Assembly (NCBI GenBank): GCA_963771355.1
Contig: CAVYTA010000006.1
Span: 2,592,001-2,656,000 of the forward strand
Length of the DNA: 64,000 nt
Origin: an uncultured Candidatus Rokubacteria bacterium
Lineage (GTDB): Bacteria > Methylomirabilota > Methylomirabilia > Rokubacteriales > CSP1-6
Reading direction: 5' to 3'
A model generated the notes under the pieces. The model had not been told where the DNA came from, searched no databases, and saw nothing but the letters and a program-made list of their open reading frames with translations. Made by a program: the position numbers and the translations under genes. Of this stretch, positions 19,914 through 30,731 are shown piece by piece (position 1 is the first letter of the stretch; each line of letters begins with the position of its first letter).

Positions 19914-20936
19914 TCAACGCGCGATCTCGCGCCCCCAGCGCTCCGACCACTCCGGGAACTTCCGTGCCACGAAGTCGGTGTCGGGGAAGTACATGCGCTG
20001 GACGATCTCGCCAAAGGGCACGAGCTTTCCCAGCTCGGCCGGGAGCTGGACCTTCTTGTTGGTGGGGCCGGCGAACTGCGACTGCGCGAAGCAGAGCTGG
20101 CCCTCCGGCGAGAGGAGGGCGGCGATGTACTTCTGGGCCAGCTCGCGCTTCTGACTGGCCTTGGGAACGGAGACGGTGGGCACGATCCCGATCGCGCCCT
20201 CCTTCGGGTAGGCCGCGGCCACCGGCACTCCCTTCGCCGCGGCGGCGCCGGTGCGGTCCGTGTACCACACCGCCAGCGCGATGTCGCCCCGCTCGAACAG
20301 CGGGATGATCTGGTCGGGCTGCGTGTACATCATCTGAACGTTCGGCTTGAGCTTCTTGATCGCCTCGAAGCCGGGATCGATGTTCTCGATGGAGCCCCCG
20401 TGGAGGCGCGCCGCCGCCATCAGGAACTGCTGGCCCGAGGTGCCGGAGATGTCGGGGATGGCCAGCTTGCCCTTCCATTCCGGCTTCCAGAGGTCGGCCC
20501 ACGAGGTCGGCGGCGTCTTCACCAGGTTCGTGTTGTAGGTGATGACGGTCCCGGCGAACATCATCGACACCCAGTAGCCGTCCTTGTCCCGCGAGGCGTC
20601 GTACAGGTCACCCCAGTGGCCGATCTTCGCGGGCTCGAGCGGCTGGAGCAGGCCCTCCGCCTTCGCCTGCTTGACGATCTGGCTGTCCATGTAGGCGACG
20701 TCGAACTCCGCGCGCGCGCCCGCCGCGCGCAGCTTCGCCATCGTCTGGACGGAGCTGCCGAGCACGTACTTCACGCTGGCCCCGGTGGCCTTCTCGAAGG
20801 CGGCGGCGTGGCATTTCTTGGAGTTGTCGACGAAGGTGCCGCCGAAGGTCGCCACCACCAGCTCTTCGGCGGACGCCGGCAGTACGAAGCCGGCGGCGAT
20901 CAGGCACATCAACACGGTCGTTCGAAGCACGGTCAT
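19914..20936 (-). CDS. ABC substrate-binding protein (PotD/spermidine-putrescine-like family)
   Basis: Signal peptide; PPTSWADLWKPEWKGK and YPKEG motifs. Confidence 0.9.
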   Translation of the reverse strand: MTVLRTTVLMCLIAAGFVLPASAEELVVATFGGTFVDNSKKCHAAAFEKATGASVKYVLGSSVQTMAKLRAAGARAEFDVAYMDSQIVKQAKAEGLLQPLEPAKIGHWGDLYDASRDKDGYWVSMMFAGTVITYNTNLVKTPPTSWADLWKPEWKGKLAIPDISGTSGQQFLMAAARLHGGSIENIDPGFEAIKKLKPNVQMMYTQPDQIIPLFERGDIALAVWYTDRTGAAAAKGVPVAAAYPKEGAIGIVPTVSVPKASQKRELAQKYIAALLSPEGQLCFAQSQFAGPTNKKVQLPAELGKLVPFGEIVQRMYFPDTDFVARKFPEWSERWGREIAR

Positions 20937-20971
20937 GGTCGGTGGTTCCTCCCGGAGCGCGTGGTGGCGCG

Positions 20972-21036
20972 ATTATTCGTCAGCCGCGCCGAGCAAGTCA
21001 ACCCACCTTGACGGCACCGCTCGCGCGGAGGACTAT
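20972..21036. promoter_or_regulatory. Divergent sigma70-like promoters
   Basis: Plus strand TTGACG-N17-GACTAT (21008-21036); minus strand TTGACT-N18-AATAAT (21001-20972). Confidence 0.55.
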
Positions 21037-21125
21037 GGCAAGACGTCGCTGGGGACGCGGAGGCGCGCCGCGGCGGCCGATCTCGACGCGGCAGTTCACC
21101 GGCACGAAAGGATCCGGAGGGCGGC

Positions 21126-22736
21126 ATGACGGACCGCACCGAGCACCCGAGGCATTCCCAGCCCGATCCCACCCGGCGCGCATTCCTCGGAGCGGGCGCG
21201 CTCACGCTGCTGGGCCTCGCGGCACCGCCGCTCGTCGGCCTCGCCGCCGCCCAGGCCCCGAAGCGCGGGGGCACCCTGGTCGTCGCCGCCGACGTCAGTC
21301 CGCCCGGGCTCGACCCGCAGAAATCCGCGGCCGCCCACAGCTGGATGATCGCGGAGCACGTCTACTCGAACCTGTTGCGCCGCGACCCACGGATGAACAT
21401 CGTCGGCGACCTGGCCGAGTCCTGGCAGGTGGTCGACGGCACCACCTTCGTCTTCAAGCTGCGGAAGGGCGTGGTCTGGCACCACGGGCGCGAGCTCGTG
21501 GCCGAGGACGTGAAGTACTCGTTCGAGCGGATGCTCGACGAGAAGACCGCTTCGCCCTGGCGCTCCAACTGGATGATCATCGACCGCATCGAGACGCCGG
21601 ACCGGTCCACCGTGCGCTTCGTCATCAAGCGGCCGTTCGCCCCCTTCTTCTCGTACCTGGCCACGCCCCACTACTCCGCCATCGTCCCGCGCGACATCGT
21701 CGAGAAGCAGGGCGACCTCCAGAAGACCGCCTCCGGCACCGGGCCCTTCGTGCTCGAGCGGTTCGTTCCCGACAACACCGTCGTCCTCAAACGGAACCCG
21801 GCGTACTACGAGGGGGGCCTGCCCTATCTCGACGGCATCGAGTACCGGATCATCCCGGACGAGGCCGCCCGCCTGGCCGCGCTGCGCGCGGGGACCGTCG
21901 ACTATCTCTGGTCCGTCGACCCACTCATCGACCGGCAGCTCCAGGGCGCCCCCGGCGTCGTGCTCCGGGAGCCGGACGGCTATTGCGCCCAGCACGGCAT
22001 GGCCTTCAACCAGCTGAAGCCCCCCTTCGCCGACGTGCGCGTGCGGCGAGCGGTCAGCGCGGGGATCAGCCGGCGGGAGATCATCGCCAGCGTCCTGCGC
22101 GGCCGTGGCGCCATCACGACGAAGATCCCTCCGTGCGATGCGCCGTTCGGGTATAGCGGCGACGACAAGGGCCTCCCCTACTATGCCCACGACCCCGCCC
22201 TCGCGCGGCGCCTGCTCGGCGAGGCCGGTCTCGCCAATGGCCTCGACACCACCCTCGAGGTGTCCCCCCGCTTCCCCCAGACCATCCGGACGGCCGAGGT
22301 CATGAAGGAGCAGCTCTCCGCGGCCGGCATCCGCGTGACGCTCAAGCAGGTGGAGTGGGGGGCGGCGCTGAAGAACTTCGTCCGCACCGAGTACGAGGGG
22401 ATGAGCATGATTCCCCTGGTGTGGCAACCCGACCCCGATGCCCACGCCTACGACATCTTTCACAGCGGGTCGAACATCAATCTTGGCAAGTTCAAGGACG
22501 CGCAGGTGGACCAGCTCCTCGAGCAGGGCCGGACGACCCTGGACCGGGACAAGCGGATCGCGATCTACCGGGACCTCCAGCGCCACATGGCGGACCAGGC
22601 CTACCTGATCTTTCCCTACGCCTCGGGCGCGACGGAAGCGCTGCGCGACACGGTGAAGGGCTACCTCTCCATTCCCGGGACCCAGCCGGGAAGCCGGAGC
22701 CGGCACTTCTTCAAGCAGACGTGGCTCGATCGCTGA
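21126..22736 (+). CDS. ABC peptide/nickel substrate-binding protein, Tat-exported
   Basis: TRRAFL twin-arginine signal; LAESW, LRKGVVWHHG and GTGPF family-5 SBP motifs. Confidence 0.93.
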   Translation: MTDRTEHPRHSQPDPTRRAFLGAGALTLLGLAAPPLVGLAAAQAPKRGGTLVVAADVSPPGLDPQKSAAAHSWMIAEHVYSNLLRRDPRMNIVGDLAESWQVVDGTTFVFKLRKGVVWHHGRELVAEDVKYSFERMLDEKTASPWRSNWMIIDRIETPDRSTVRFVIKRPFAPFFSYLATPHYSAIVPRDIVEKQGDLQKTASGTGPFVLERFVPDNTVVLKRNPAYYEGGLPYLDGIEYRIIPDEAARLAALRAGTVDYLWSVDPLIDRQLQGAPGVVLREPDGYCAQHGMAFNQLKPPFADVRVRRAVSAGISRREIIASVLRGRGAITTKIPPCDAPFGYSGDDKGLPYYAHDPALARRLLGEAGLANGLDTTLEVSPRFPQTIRTAEVMKEQLSAAGIRVTLKQVEWGAALKNFVRTEYEGMSMIPLVWQPDPDAHAYDIFHSGSNINLGKFKDAQVDQLLEQGRTTLDRDKRIAIYRDLQRHMADQAYLIFPYASGATEALRDTVKGYLSIPGTQPGSRSRHFFKQTWLDR

Positions 22737-22763
22737 CGGGGGCGCCCTGCCGCCGGTGAGGGC

Positions 22764-23714
22764 ATGACCGGCTACATCGGCAAGCGGGTCCTGCTCCTGA
22801 TCCCGACGCTGCTCGGGGTGTCGGTGCTCACCTTCCTGCTCATCCACCTGATCCCCGGAGACCTCGTGACCATTCTCCTCGGGATCACCGCGAGCCAGAA
22901 CGAGCAGACGCGGCAGGCGCTGATCCACGCGCTCCACCTCGACCGGCCGCTCGCCGTGCAGTATCTCCTGTGGCTGGGCGAGGTGCTGCGGGGCGATCTC
23001 GGGCACTCCCTCGTCACGGGATTCTCCGTGCGCGACGAGCTGGTGCGGAGCTACCCGGTGACGCTCCAGCTCGCGCTGATGGCGATGTCCATCGCGCTGG
23101 CGGTCGGCATCCCCCTGGGTGTCCTCGCGGCCACCCAGGCCGGGCGGGCCCTCGACGCCTCCACGCGCGTCTTCTCCCTGCTCTTCATCTCGGCGCCCGC
23201 GTTCTTCATCGGGACGGTGGTGATCATCGCGGGGGCGCGCTACGCCCCGTGGCTGCCCACCCTCGGCCACGTGCCGTTCACGGAGAGCCCGGCCCGGAGC
23301 CTCCTGACCATGCTGCCGGCGGCGGCATCGCTGGGCCTGGCCATCTCGGCGATCATCGCGCGCTTCACGCGGAGCAGCATGCTCGAGGTGCTGGGGCAGG
23401 ATTTTGTCCGCACCGCCCGCGCCAAGGGCGTGGCCGACGGGGCCGTGGTCTACAAGCACGCGCTGCGGAACGCCCTCATCCCGGTGGTCGCCATGGCCGG
23501 CACCCAGTTCGTGTACCTCATCGGCGGCGCGGTGATCATCGAGGAGGTCTTCGCGCTGCCCGGCATGGGGCGTCTGGTCGTCAACGCCATCTACCAGCGG
23601 GACTACACGACGATCCAGGGCGCGGTGTTGCTGCTGACCTCGGCGGCGGTGCTCGTCAACCTCGCCCTCGATCTCCTCTACCACCTCATCGACCGCCGGA
23701 TCCTGTACGCGTGA
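22764..23714 (+). CDS. ABC permease (DppB-like)
   Basis: LIPGD, GDLGHS, DFVRTARAKG, LPGMGRL. Confidence 0.93.
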   Translation: MTGYIGKRVLLLIPTLLGVSVLTFLLIHLIPGDLVTILLGITASQNEQTRQALIHALHLDRPLAVQYLLWLGEVLRGDLGHSLVTGFSVRDELVRSYPVTLQLALMAMSIALAVGIPLGVLAATQAGRALDASTRVFSLLFISAPAFFIGTVVIIAGARYAPWLPTLGHVPFTESPARSLLTMLPAAASLGLAISAIIARFTRSSMLEVLGQDFVRTARAKGVADGAVVYKHALRNALIPVVAMAGTQFVYLIGGAVIIEEVFALPGMGRLVVNAIYQRDYTTIQGAVLLLTSAAVLVNLALDLLYHLIDRRILYA

Positions 23715-24583
23715 GCGGCGAGCCCGGCGGCATGAGGAGCGGGGGCCGGCCCCGCGCGCTGCGAAGCGGATCGTTTCTCGTCGGCGGTCTCATCGTCGCC
23801 GGCCTTCTAGTGGTGGCGGTGGCGGCGCCGTGGCTGGCGCCATACGCGCCCACCGCGATCTTCCCGGGCGCGGAGATCGCGCCGCCCGGCCCGCGCTTCC
23901 TGCTCGGGACGGACGAGGTGGGCCGCGACATCCTGAGCCGCGTCCTCTATGGCACCCGCGTGTCGATCGGGGTCGCGATCCCGTCGGTGGCGCTGGCGGT
24001 GCTGGCGGGGACCACGCTGGGCGTGGGCCTCGGCTACTGGGGAGGCGCGCCGGATCTGCTCGCCATGCGGCTCTTCGACGTGCTCTTCGCCTTCCCCCCG
24101 ATCCTGCTGGCCATCGCCCTGGTGGCGGCGCTCGGCCCGAGCACCGTCAACCTCGTCCTCACCATCGCGGTGCTCACGCTCCCGCAGTTCGCGGTGCTCG
24201 CGCGGAGCGCCACCCTCGCGCTGAAGCCGCAGGACTTCGTCCAGGCCGCCCGCGCGCTCGGAGCGTCCCACGGGCGCATCCTCGGTGCCCATGTCCTGCC
24301 CAATATCACGCCGACCCTCGCCGTCCAGACGAGCCTGAGCCTCTCGATCGTCATCCTGGTGGAGGCGGCGCTGAGCTTCCTCGGGCTCGGCACGCAGCCG
24401 CCGGCGCCGAGCTGGGGGAGCATGCTGAGCCGGGGCCGCCAGTACATGACCATCGCGCCGTGGCTGGTGCTGGCTCCGGGGCTGGCCATCATGCTCGCCG
24501 TGCTCGGCTTCAACCTGCTCGGTGACGGCCAGCGCGATCTCCTGGATCCGCGCCGGGCGGGAGCGGGCCGGAGGACCCCATGA
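23711..24583 (+). CDS. ABC permease (DppC-like)
   Basis: [30 protein letters not shown]. Confidence 0.93.
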   Translation: MSGEPGGMRSGGRPRALRSGSFLVGGLIVAGLLVVAVAAPWLAPYAPTAIFPGAEIAPPGPRFLLGTDEVGRDILSRVLYGTRVSIGVAIPSVALAVLAGTTLGVGLGYWGGAPDLLAMRLFDVLFAFPPILLAIALVAALGPSTVNLVLTIAVLTLPQFAVLARSATLALKPQDFVQAARALGASHGRILGAHVLPNITPTLAVQTSLSLSIVILVEAALSFLGLGTQPPAPSWGSMLSRGRQYMTIAPWLVLAPGLAIMLAVLGFNLLGDGQRDLLDPRRAGAGRRTP

Positions 24584-25413
24584 GCCCCGTCCGAATTGCG
24601 GCGATTCAGGCGCGTCCGGTGTCCGATCTCTTCGACGACATGTGGAACGGCGGCGACGTCGCCCGCGCGGTCGCCTTGCTCGAGACCGCGGCCGCGGCGG
24701 GCGCCGCCTGCGTCTGTTTCCCCGAGCTGTATCCTCGGGTCGGCGAGGAGGAGCTCCGCGCGGCGGCGCGGCGCCTGAGCGTCTTCGTGGTGGCCGGGCT
24801 GATCGAGGGCACGCGGGCGCGCTGGTACAACACGGCCACGGTGATCGGTCCCGACGGGCGCATCCTCGCCCGGCAGCCGAAGTGCTTCCCCACGCAGGGC
24901 GAGATCGACAACGGGGTGATGGCCGGCCACCGCTATCGGGTGATCGAGACCGACATCGGCCGGCTGGGCATCGTGATCTGCGCCGACTTCGCCTTCTTCT
25001 CCGAGGGGGCCGATGCCCTCGTCGAGCAGGGCGTGGACATCATCTTCAACCCGTCGTGGTGGTTCGCCCTCGGGGAGGCCTATCCCGCCACCGTCATCGG
25101 CCGCCACATGCAGTACGGCAAGCCGGTGATCGGCGTCGACATCGCGGCGTGCTCGCTCCGGCTCCAGGACGCGGACGGCCGGCTGGTGGAGCGGTTCCCC
25201 CGCGCCGGCGGCTACAGCACGGTGTGCGTGCCGCCCCCCATCGCCTCCCTGGCCGAGCTCGCCGAGTGGTTCCGGGCCAAGCCCGGCGGCACCAACTCGG
25301 CGCAGGGCTTCATCCAGAGCCTGGGGGAGGACGAGGGCATCCTCTACGCCGACGTGGACATCGCGGCCGTCCGGCGATTCCCCGGGTATTTCTACCGGAG
25401 CACGAATCCGTGA
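24580..25413 (+). CDS. Carbon-nitrogen hydrolase (nitrilase superfamily)
   Basis: Glu-Lys-Cys triad in FPELY, QPKCF and ICADF; ATGA overlap with the permease. Confidence 0.88.
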   Translation: MSPVRIAAIQARPVSDLFDDMWNGGDVARAVALLETAAAAGAACVCFPELYPRVGEEELRAAARRLSVFVVAGLIEGTRARWYNTATVIGPDGRILARQPKCFPTQGEIDNGVMAGHRYRVIETDIGRLGIVICADFAFFSEGADALVEQGVDIIFNPSWWFALGEAYPATVIGRHMQYGKPVIGVDIAACSLRLQDADGRLVERFPRAGGYSTVCVPPPIASLAELAEWFRAKPGGTNSAQGFIQSLGEDEGILYADVDIAAVRRFPGYFYRSTNP

Positions 25414-25454
25414 GCTAGGAGAACCGAACCGCCGACGCCAGGATCTTCAGCCCG

Positions 25455-25904
25455 TCACGCCGGTAAGAACAGGCGAACGGAGTGGTTGTCCACGACGTCT
25501 CCTTTCGGCCCGACCGTGAAGTTGGAGGTGATGAGTCCCGTGGCACCGGCGAACTGGCCGGTCCCCTCGGTCACCTCCCAGATGACGGCGCCGCGTTGAA
25601 GACCGTCGATGCCGCTCGGCCCGAGGGTTCCCTGGCCAACCGTTTCGAACGTCAACCGTCCGGCCTTGCTGTAGCTGATGCGTCCGGCCTCCACGAACGT
25701 TCCGGCGCCGGTGACTTGCACCTCCGACTCGAACGTGGCCCGCGGACCCGGCCGGGACTCGATCTTGCCGACCACCCCTTTGGGGGTCAGCGCGGTCCGC
25801 GACACCTGGCCGCTTGCCGTCGTCTTGGCGGCCATCTTTCCCTCGGCGCCGGCCACTGGACGTGCCTTGCCCTTGAACTGCAACGCGAAGACGAGCTCTT
25901 TCAT
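25455..25904 (-). CDS. Hypothetical 149-aa protein; paralog of 1894..2343
   Basis: AGGAGGAGG RBS before MKELVFALQF; VTEGTGQFAGATGLITSNF. Confidence 0.8.
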   Translation of the reverse strand: MKELVFALQFKGKARPVAGAEGKMAAKTTASGQVSRTALTPKGVVGKIESRPGPRATFESEVQVTGAGTFVEAGRISYSKAGRLTFETVGQGTLGPSGIDGLQRGAVIWEVTEGTGQFAGATGLITSNFTVGPKGDVVDNHSVRLFLPA

Positions 25905-26156
25905 CGTCGGTCCTCCTCCTTGCGCTGGTCGCCCAGCCATCGGTCGGATCGGTGCCGAGAGCTTAGTCGGCGGCATCCGAAGGGTCAAGTCCGCCTACGT
26001 GCGGCCGTCGGCGATTCGCCGGATACTTCTCCCGGACCACGAGTCCATGAGCTTGGCCCCGGGCACACCGATACGGACGCTTGAGTCCGGGCGGAGATCG
26101 TGTAACCCTCAGGGCCCTGGAGACTGGGACCCGGTCCTGAAATCGAGCGAACAGCC

Positions 26157-27015
26157 GTGGAGAACATCGTCAGCGTCGGCTTCGACCTCGCGAGCTTCAG
26201 CGCCATCATGGTGCTGATGGTCACCGGCCTCGGCGTGATCGCGAGCATGATGGGGATCTTCAATTTCGCCCACGGAGAGTTCCTGCTGCTGGGTGCGTAT
26301 ACCGTCTACCTCACGCACAGCCACGGTTATCCCGTGTGGGCCGGCATGGTGGCCGCGCCGTTCGTGGTGGCGCTCATCGGCCTCGCGCTCGAGCGTGGCG
26401 TGATCCGGTTCTTCTACGCTGAGCCGGTTGTCGCCATGCTCGGTACCTATGCCATCGGCCTCGTCATCCGCGAGAGCGTGCGGGGGCTCATCGGTGGCCT
26501 CTACCACTCGGTGCCCGATCCCCTCATCGGCTCGTTCAGCCTGGGCGCGCTCCAGCTCTCCCGCTGGCGCTGCATGATCATCCTCGTCGCGGCGGTCGTG
26601 CTGGTCGGATTCTGGATCCTTCTGACGCGCACCGGCATCGGCCTCACGATCCGGGCCTCCCTCGAGAACCCCGCGCTCGCGCGCGCCTCCGGCATCTCGA
26701 CCAACCGCGTCTACGCGCTCACCTTCGCCGTCGGCGCCGGCCTCGCCGGCCTCGCCGGCGGGTTGATGGTGCCGATTTTCTCGATGTTCGCCGACCTCGG
26801 CGTACGCTTTCTGATACAGGGCTTTCTCGCCGTCCTCCTCGGCGGCATCGGCACGTTCGAGGGGCCCGCCCTCGGGCGCCGCCGTGATCGGCGTCCTGAG
26901 CGCCGGGCTGCCGTGGATCCTCAGCCCGGTCCTCGCCGACGTGCTCGTGTTCGTGATCGCCATCGTCGTCGTCAAGTTCCGGCCCGCTGGTCTTCTCTCC
27001 ACCGAAAGGAGCTGA
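26157..27015 (+). CDS. Branched-chain/amide ABC permease (LivH/UrtB-like); frameshift near 26875
   Basis: NFAHGEF motif; C-terminus AAVIGVLSAG...KFRPAGLLSTERS continues in a shifted frame. Confidence 0.85.
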
Positions 27016-27019
27016 ATCC

Positions 27020-28247
27020 ATGCACCGAGAGCCCGACTTGGTCCGCTCGACCGCGTCGCTGGACCGCCGCTCACTCCTCACCGGCGCCGCGTGGGCGGTC
27101 GGCGCGGTGGCGCTCGGGCGCGGTAGCTTCACCGTGCCCCCGGCATGGGGTCAGTCGAATCCCATCAAGGTCGGTATCGCCACCGACCTCACCGGCCCCA
27201 TCGGCTTCGCGGGCAAGGCCAACGCGAACGTGGCGACGATGGTGGTCAACGAGATCAACGCCAAGGGCGGGGTGCTGGGACGCTCGCTGCAGCTCTTCAT
27301 CGAGGACACGGCCTCCAACGAATCGGTGGCGGTGAACAACGTGCGCAAGCTCATCCAGCGCGACCGCGTCGACGTGGTGTTCGGCGGCATCACCAGCTCG
27401 ATGCGCAACGCCATCAAGGACGTGATCGTGACGCGGGGGCGGACGCTCTACATCTATCCTCAGCTCTACGAGGGCCAGGAGTGCACGCCGTATATCTTCT
27501 GCACCGGGCCCACCCCGGCCCAGCAGTGCGACGAGTTCATCCCCTGGCTGATCAAGAACGGCGGCAAGCGCTTCGCGCTCCCCTCCGCGAATTACATCTG
27601 GCCCAAGGTGCTCAACCAGTATGCGCGCAAGGTCATCCAAGCCAACGGCGGCGAGGTCGTGTTCGAGGAGTACTACCCCCTCGACCAGATCGAGTACAGC
27701 GCGACCGTGAACAAGATCATGACCAACAATGTGAACGTGGTCTTCAACACGGTCATCCCGCCCGGCGTCGGCCCCTTCATCAAGCAGCTGTACGAGGCCG
27801 GCTTCACCAAGCGCGGCGGCCGCCTGTCCTGCGTGTACTACGACGAGAACACCCTCAACATCAACGCCGCCCACGAGTTCGAGGGGCTGGCGAGCTGCCT
27901 CGACTATTTCCGCACCATCAACGACCCGTTCAGCGCCAAGCTGCAGGCCGATTACGACAAGCTCTACCCGGGCACCGTCCTCTTCACCGCGGGCAGCGCG
28001 GCCACCGGCATGTATCGCGGCCTCAAGCTCTGGGAGACCGCCGTCAACCGAGCCAAGAAGCTGGACCGCGAGAGCGTGGCGGCGGCGCTGGATCGCGCGC
28101 GGATCGAGCAGGGGCCCGGCGGAGGCGGCCGAGATGGTCCCGGGCAAGCGTCACTGCAAGATGAACATGTACATCGCCGTCGCCAAGAATGGGAACTACG
28201 AGGTGGTCTCGCAGAGCAAGGGGCTCGTCGACCCCAAGGAGTGCTAG
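27020..28247 (+). CDS. Amide/urea-type ABC substrate-binding protein (AmiC/UrtA-like), Tat-like signal; frameshift near 28125
   Basis: DRRSLL signal; INAKGGVLGR, YEGQE and NYIWP motifs; shifted tail EMVPGKRHCKMNMYIA...VDPKEC. Confidence 0.87.
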
Positions 28248-28260
28248 AGCGAGGCGCCGG

Positions 28261-29256
28261 ATGATCCTCGTCCTCGAGTTGGCGCTGCTCGCGGTGGGGC
28301 TCGCCTTACCGCTCGCGCTGGACCACTTCTGGATCGTCTTGGCGACGCGTATCGTGCTCCTCTGCCTGCCCGCGCTGAGCTTCGACCTGCTCTGGGGCTA
28401 CTCCGGTATCATGAGCTTCGGGCAGGCCCTCTTCTACGGCACGGCGGCCTACAGCGCCGCCCTCCTTGGCCCGCGACGCCGGCTTCACGTCGATCTTTGT
28501 CATCGTGCCCGCGTGCACCCTGATCGGCCTCGTGCTCGCGCTCGTCATGGCGTGGTTCCTCCTGCTCGGCCGCTACCCGCCCAGCACGATCTTTGTCGCC
28601 CTCGGCACGCTCACCGGGGCCTACGCCGCTGACCGCCTGGCCCGCGGCTGGTACTACCTCGGCGGGCAGAATGGCATCCCCTCGATCCCGCCCCTCACGG
28701 CCGGTCCCTTCACCATCGCGGAGGGGCCGGTCTACTACTACCTGGCGCTCGCGGTCCTCGTCGTCGTCTACGCCCTCTGCCGCGTGCTGGTGCGCTCCCA
28801 GTTCGGTCTCGTCCTGGCGGGTATCCGGCAGCAGGAGGAGCGGCATCAGCTTTCTCGGATACCGGGTCCAGCACTTCAAGGCCATCGTCTTCACGCTGGC
28901 CGGCGGCATCTGCGGTCTTTCGGGCGCGCTCGCCGCCTTCCACGATGGCTTCGTGTGGCCGAACTTGCTGGGCGTGCTCCTGTCCACGCAGATCGTGCTC
29001 TACGTGCTCTTCGGCGGGCGTGGGCATGCTGGTGGGCGCCGTCATCGGCGTCGCCAGCATCGAGTATGTGAGCTTTCTCCTCGCCGATAGGTTTCAGACG
29101 TTCTGGCCGATCCTGCTGGGGCTGCTCCTGCTCTTCGTCGTTCTCTTCCGCCCCAGCGGGCTCGTCGGGCTCGTGGTGACCGAGCGCGAGCGGTTCGGCC
29201 GCTTCGGCCGCGCGCCGGCGCGCACGGAGGCGGGCCGAGGCCATGGCGCTGCTTGA
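28261..29256 (+). CDS. ABC permease (LivM/UrtC-like); frameshifts near 28466, 28843 and 29018
   Basis: LLWGYSGIMSFGQALFYG, GGQNGI and FRPSGLVG pieces lie in successive frames. Confidence 0.82.
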
Positions 29257-29978
29257 GGTCTCGGGCGTCAGCAAGCGCTTCGGCGAGCTCCGGGCCCTGG
29301 CGGGGTGGACCTGCGCGTCGAGGCGGGCCAGATCCACGGGCTCATCGGGCCCAACGGCTCCGGCAAGAGCACGCTCATGAAGTGCATCGCCGGCGCGCTC
29401 ACGCCCGACGCCGGGGTCATCCGCTTCGCCGACCGCGACCTCACGCGCGCCGCGCCCTCGGAGCGCGCGCGGGCCGGCCTCAGCATCAAGTTCCAGATCA
29501 CGAGCGTGCTGCCCGCGCTGTCGGTGTACGACAACATATTGCTCGCCCTGCAGGCGCCGCGACTCGCTCGTGTCGCTGCTCCGCTCGGCCACGCGACGGG
29601 CACGGCACGAGTCCGTCATGACCGCGCTCGAGCGATTCCCGCTGCTCGGCCGGGCCGATCAGCTCGCGGGCGCGCTCTCGCACGGCGAGCAGCAATGGCT
29701 GGAGATCGCGATGGCGCTCGCGACCGATCCGACCCTTCTCCTGCTGGACGAGCCCACCGCCGGGATGAGCCTCGAGGAGCGCCGTCTCACCGGCGAGCTG
29801 CTCGCGCCGATCAAGAGCCGTTGCGCCATCCTCATCGTCGAGCACGACCTCGACTTCATCCGCGACGTGTCCGACGTCGCTCACGGTGCTCGACCAGGGC
29901 AGCGTGCTGGACACCGGCTCGGTCGAGGCCATCCAGGCCAGCCCCAAGGTGCAGGAGGTCTACCTCACCCGTGTCTGA
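29243..29978 (+). CDS. ABC ATP-binding protein (LivG/UrtD-like); frameshifts near 29303, 29557 and 29878
   Basis: [40 protein letters not shown]. Confidence 0.85.
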
Positions 29979-30674
29979 CGCGCCCCTGCTCGCCGTCCGC
30001 GGGCTGTCGACGTACTACGGCCATAGCCAGGCCCTGTTCGACGTCGACCTGGTGGCCGGCCAGCGGGGGGCGGTGGCCGTGCTCGGCCGCAACGGCGCCG
30101 GCAAGACCACGCTGCTCAGGACGCATCGTGGGAGAGCTGACGCCGCGGCAAGGGCAGATCGCCTTCGAGGGCCGCGACGACACCCGCACGCCGACCGAGC
30201 AGCGCGTGCGGCGTGGCCTCGGGTACGTGCCGCAGGAGCACGCGGTCTTCGGCCGGCTGTCCGTGCGTGAGAACCTTGCCGTCGGTGCCGTGACGCGGCG
30301 CGACCCCGGCGCCGTCGACGAGGTCGCTCACCCTGTTTCCCAAGCTCGGCCAGCGGCTGAACCAGCGCGCCGGCACCCTCAGCGGCGGCGAGCGCAAGAT
30401 GCTCGCGGTGGGCCGCGCGCTCCTCACGCGTCCGAAGCTCCTCCTGCTCGACGAGCCCACCGAGGGCGTCTGGATCGGCGTGATCGAGGAGATCGCCACT
30501 CGGCTCGCCGAACTCGCGAGCCGCATCGGGCTCGTTCTCGTCGAGCAGCATCTCGAGCTGGCCCTCTCCGTCGCCCAGTACGCCTACGTGCTGGATCGCG
30601 GCCGGGTCGCGCTCGAGGGCCCGTCCGCGACGATCAGGAACGACCCCCGGCTTCTACGCTATTTGGCGCCGTAG
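29971..30674 (+). CDS. ABC ATP-binding protein (LivF/UrtE-like); frameshifts near 30123 and 30325
   Basis: [31 protein letters not shown]. Confidence 0.85.
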
Positions 30675-30731
30675 AGGCAGGGCCCCGAGGACCACCCGAA
30701 GCATCATGACCAACTGACCAAGGAGGCTCCC

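Noticed and set aside
25905..26156. Guanidine or other riboswitch ahead of the amide ABC operon
   Set aside because: I could not match the ykkC or mini-ykkC consensus by eye; an Rfam scan is needed to exclude it
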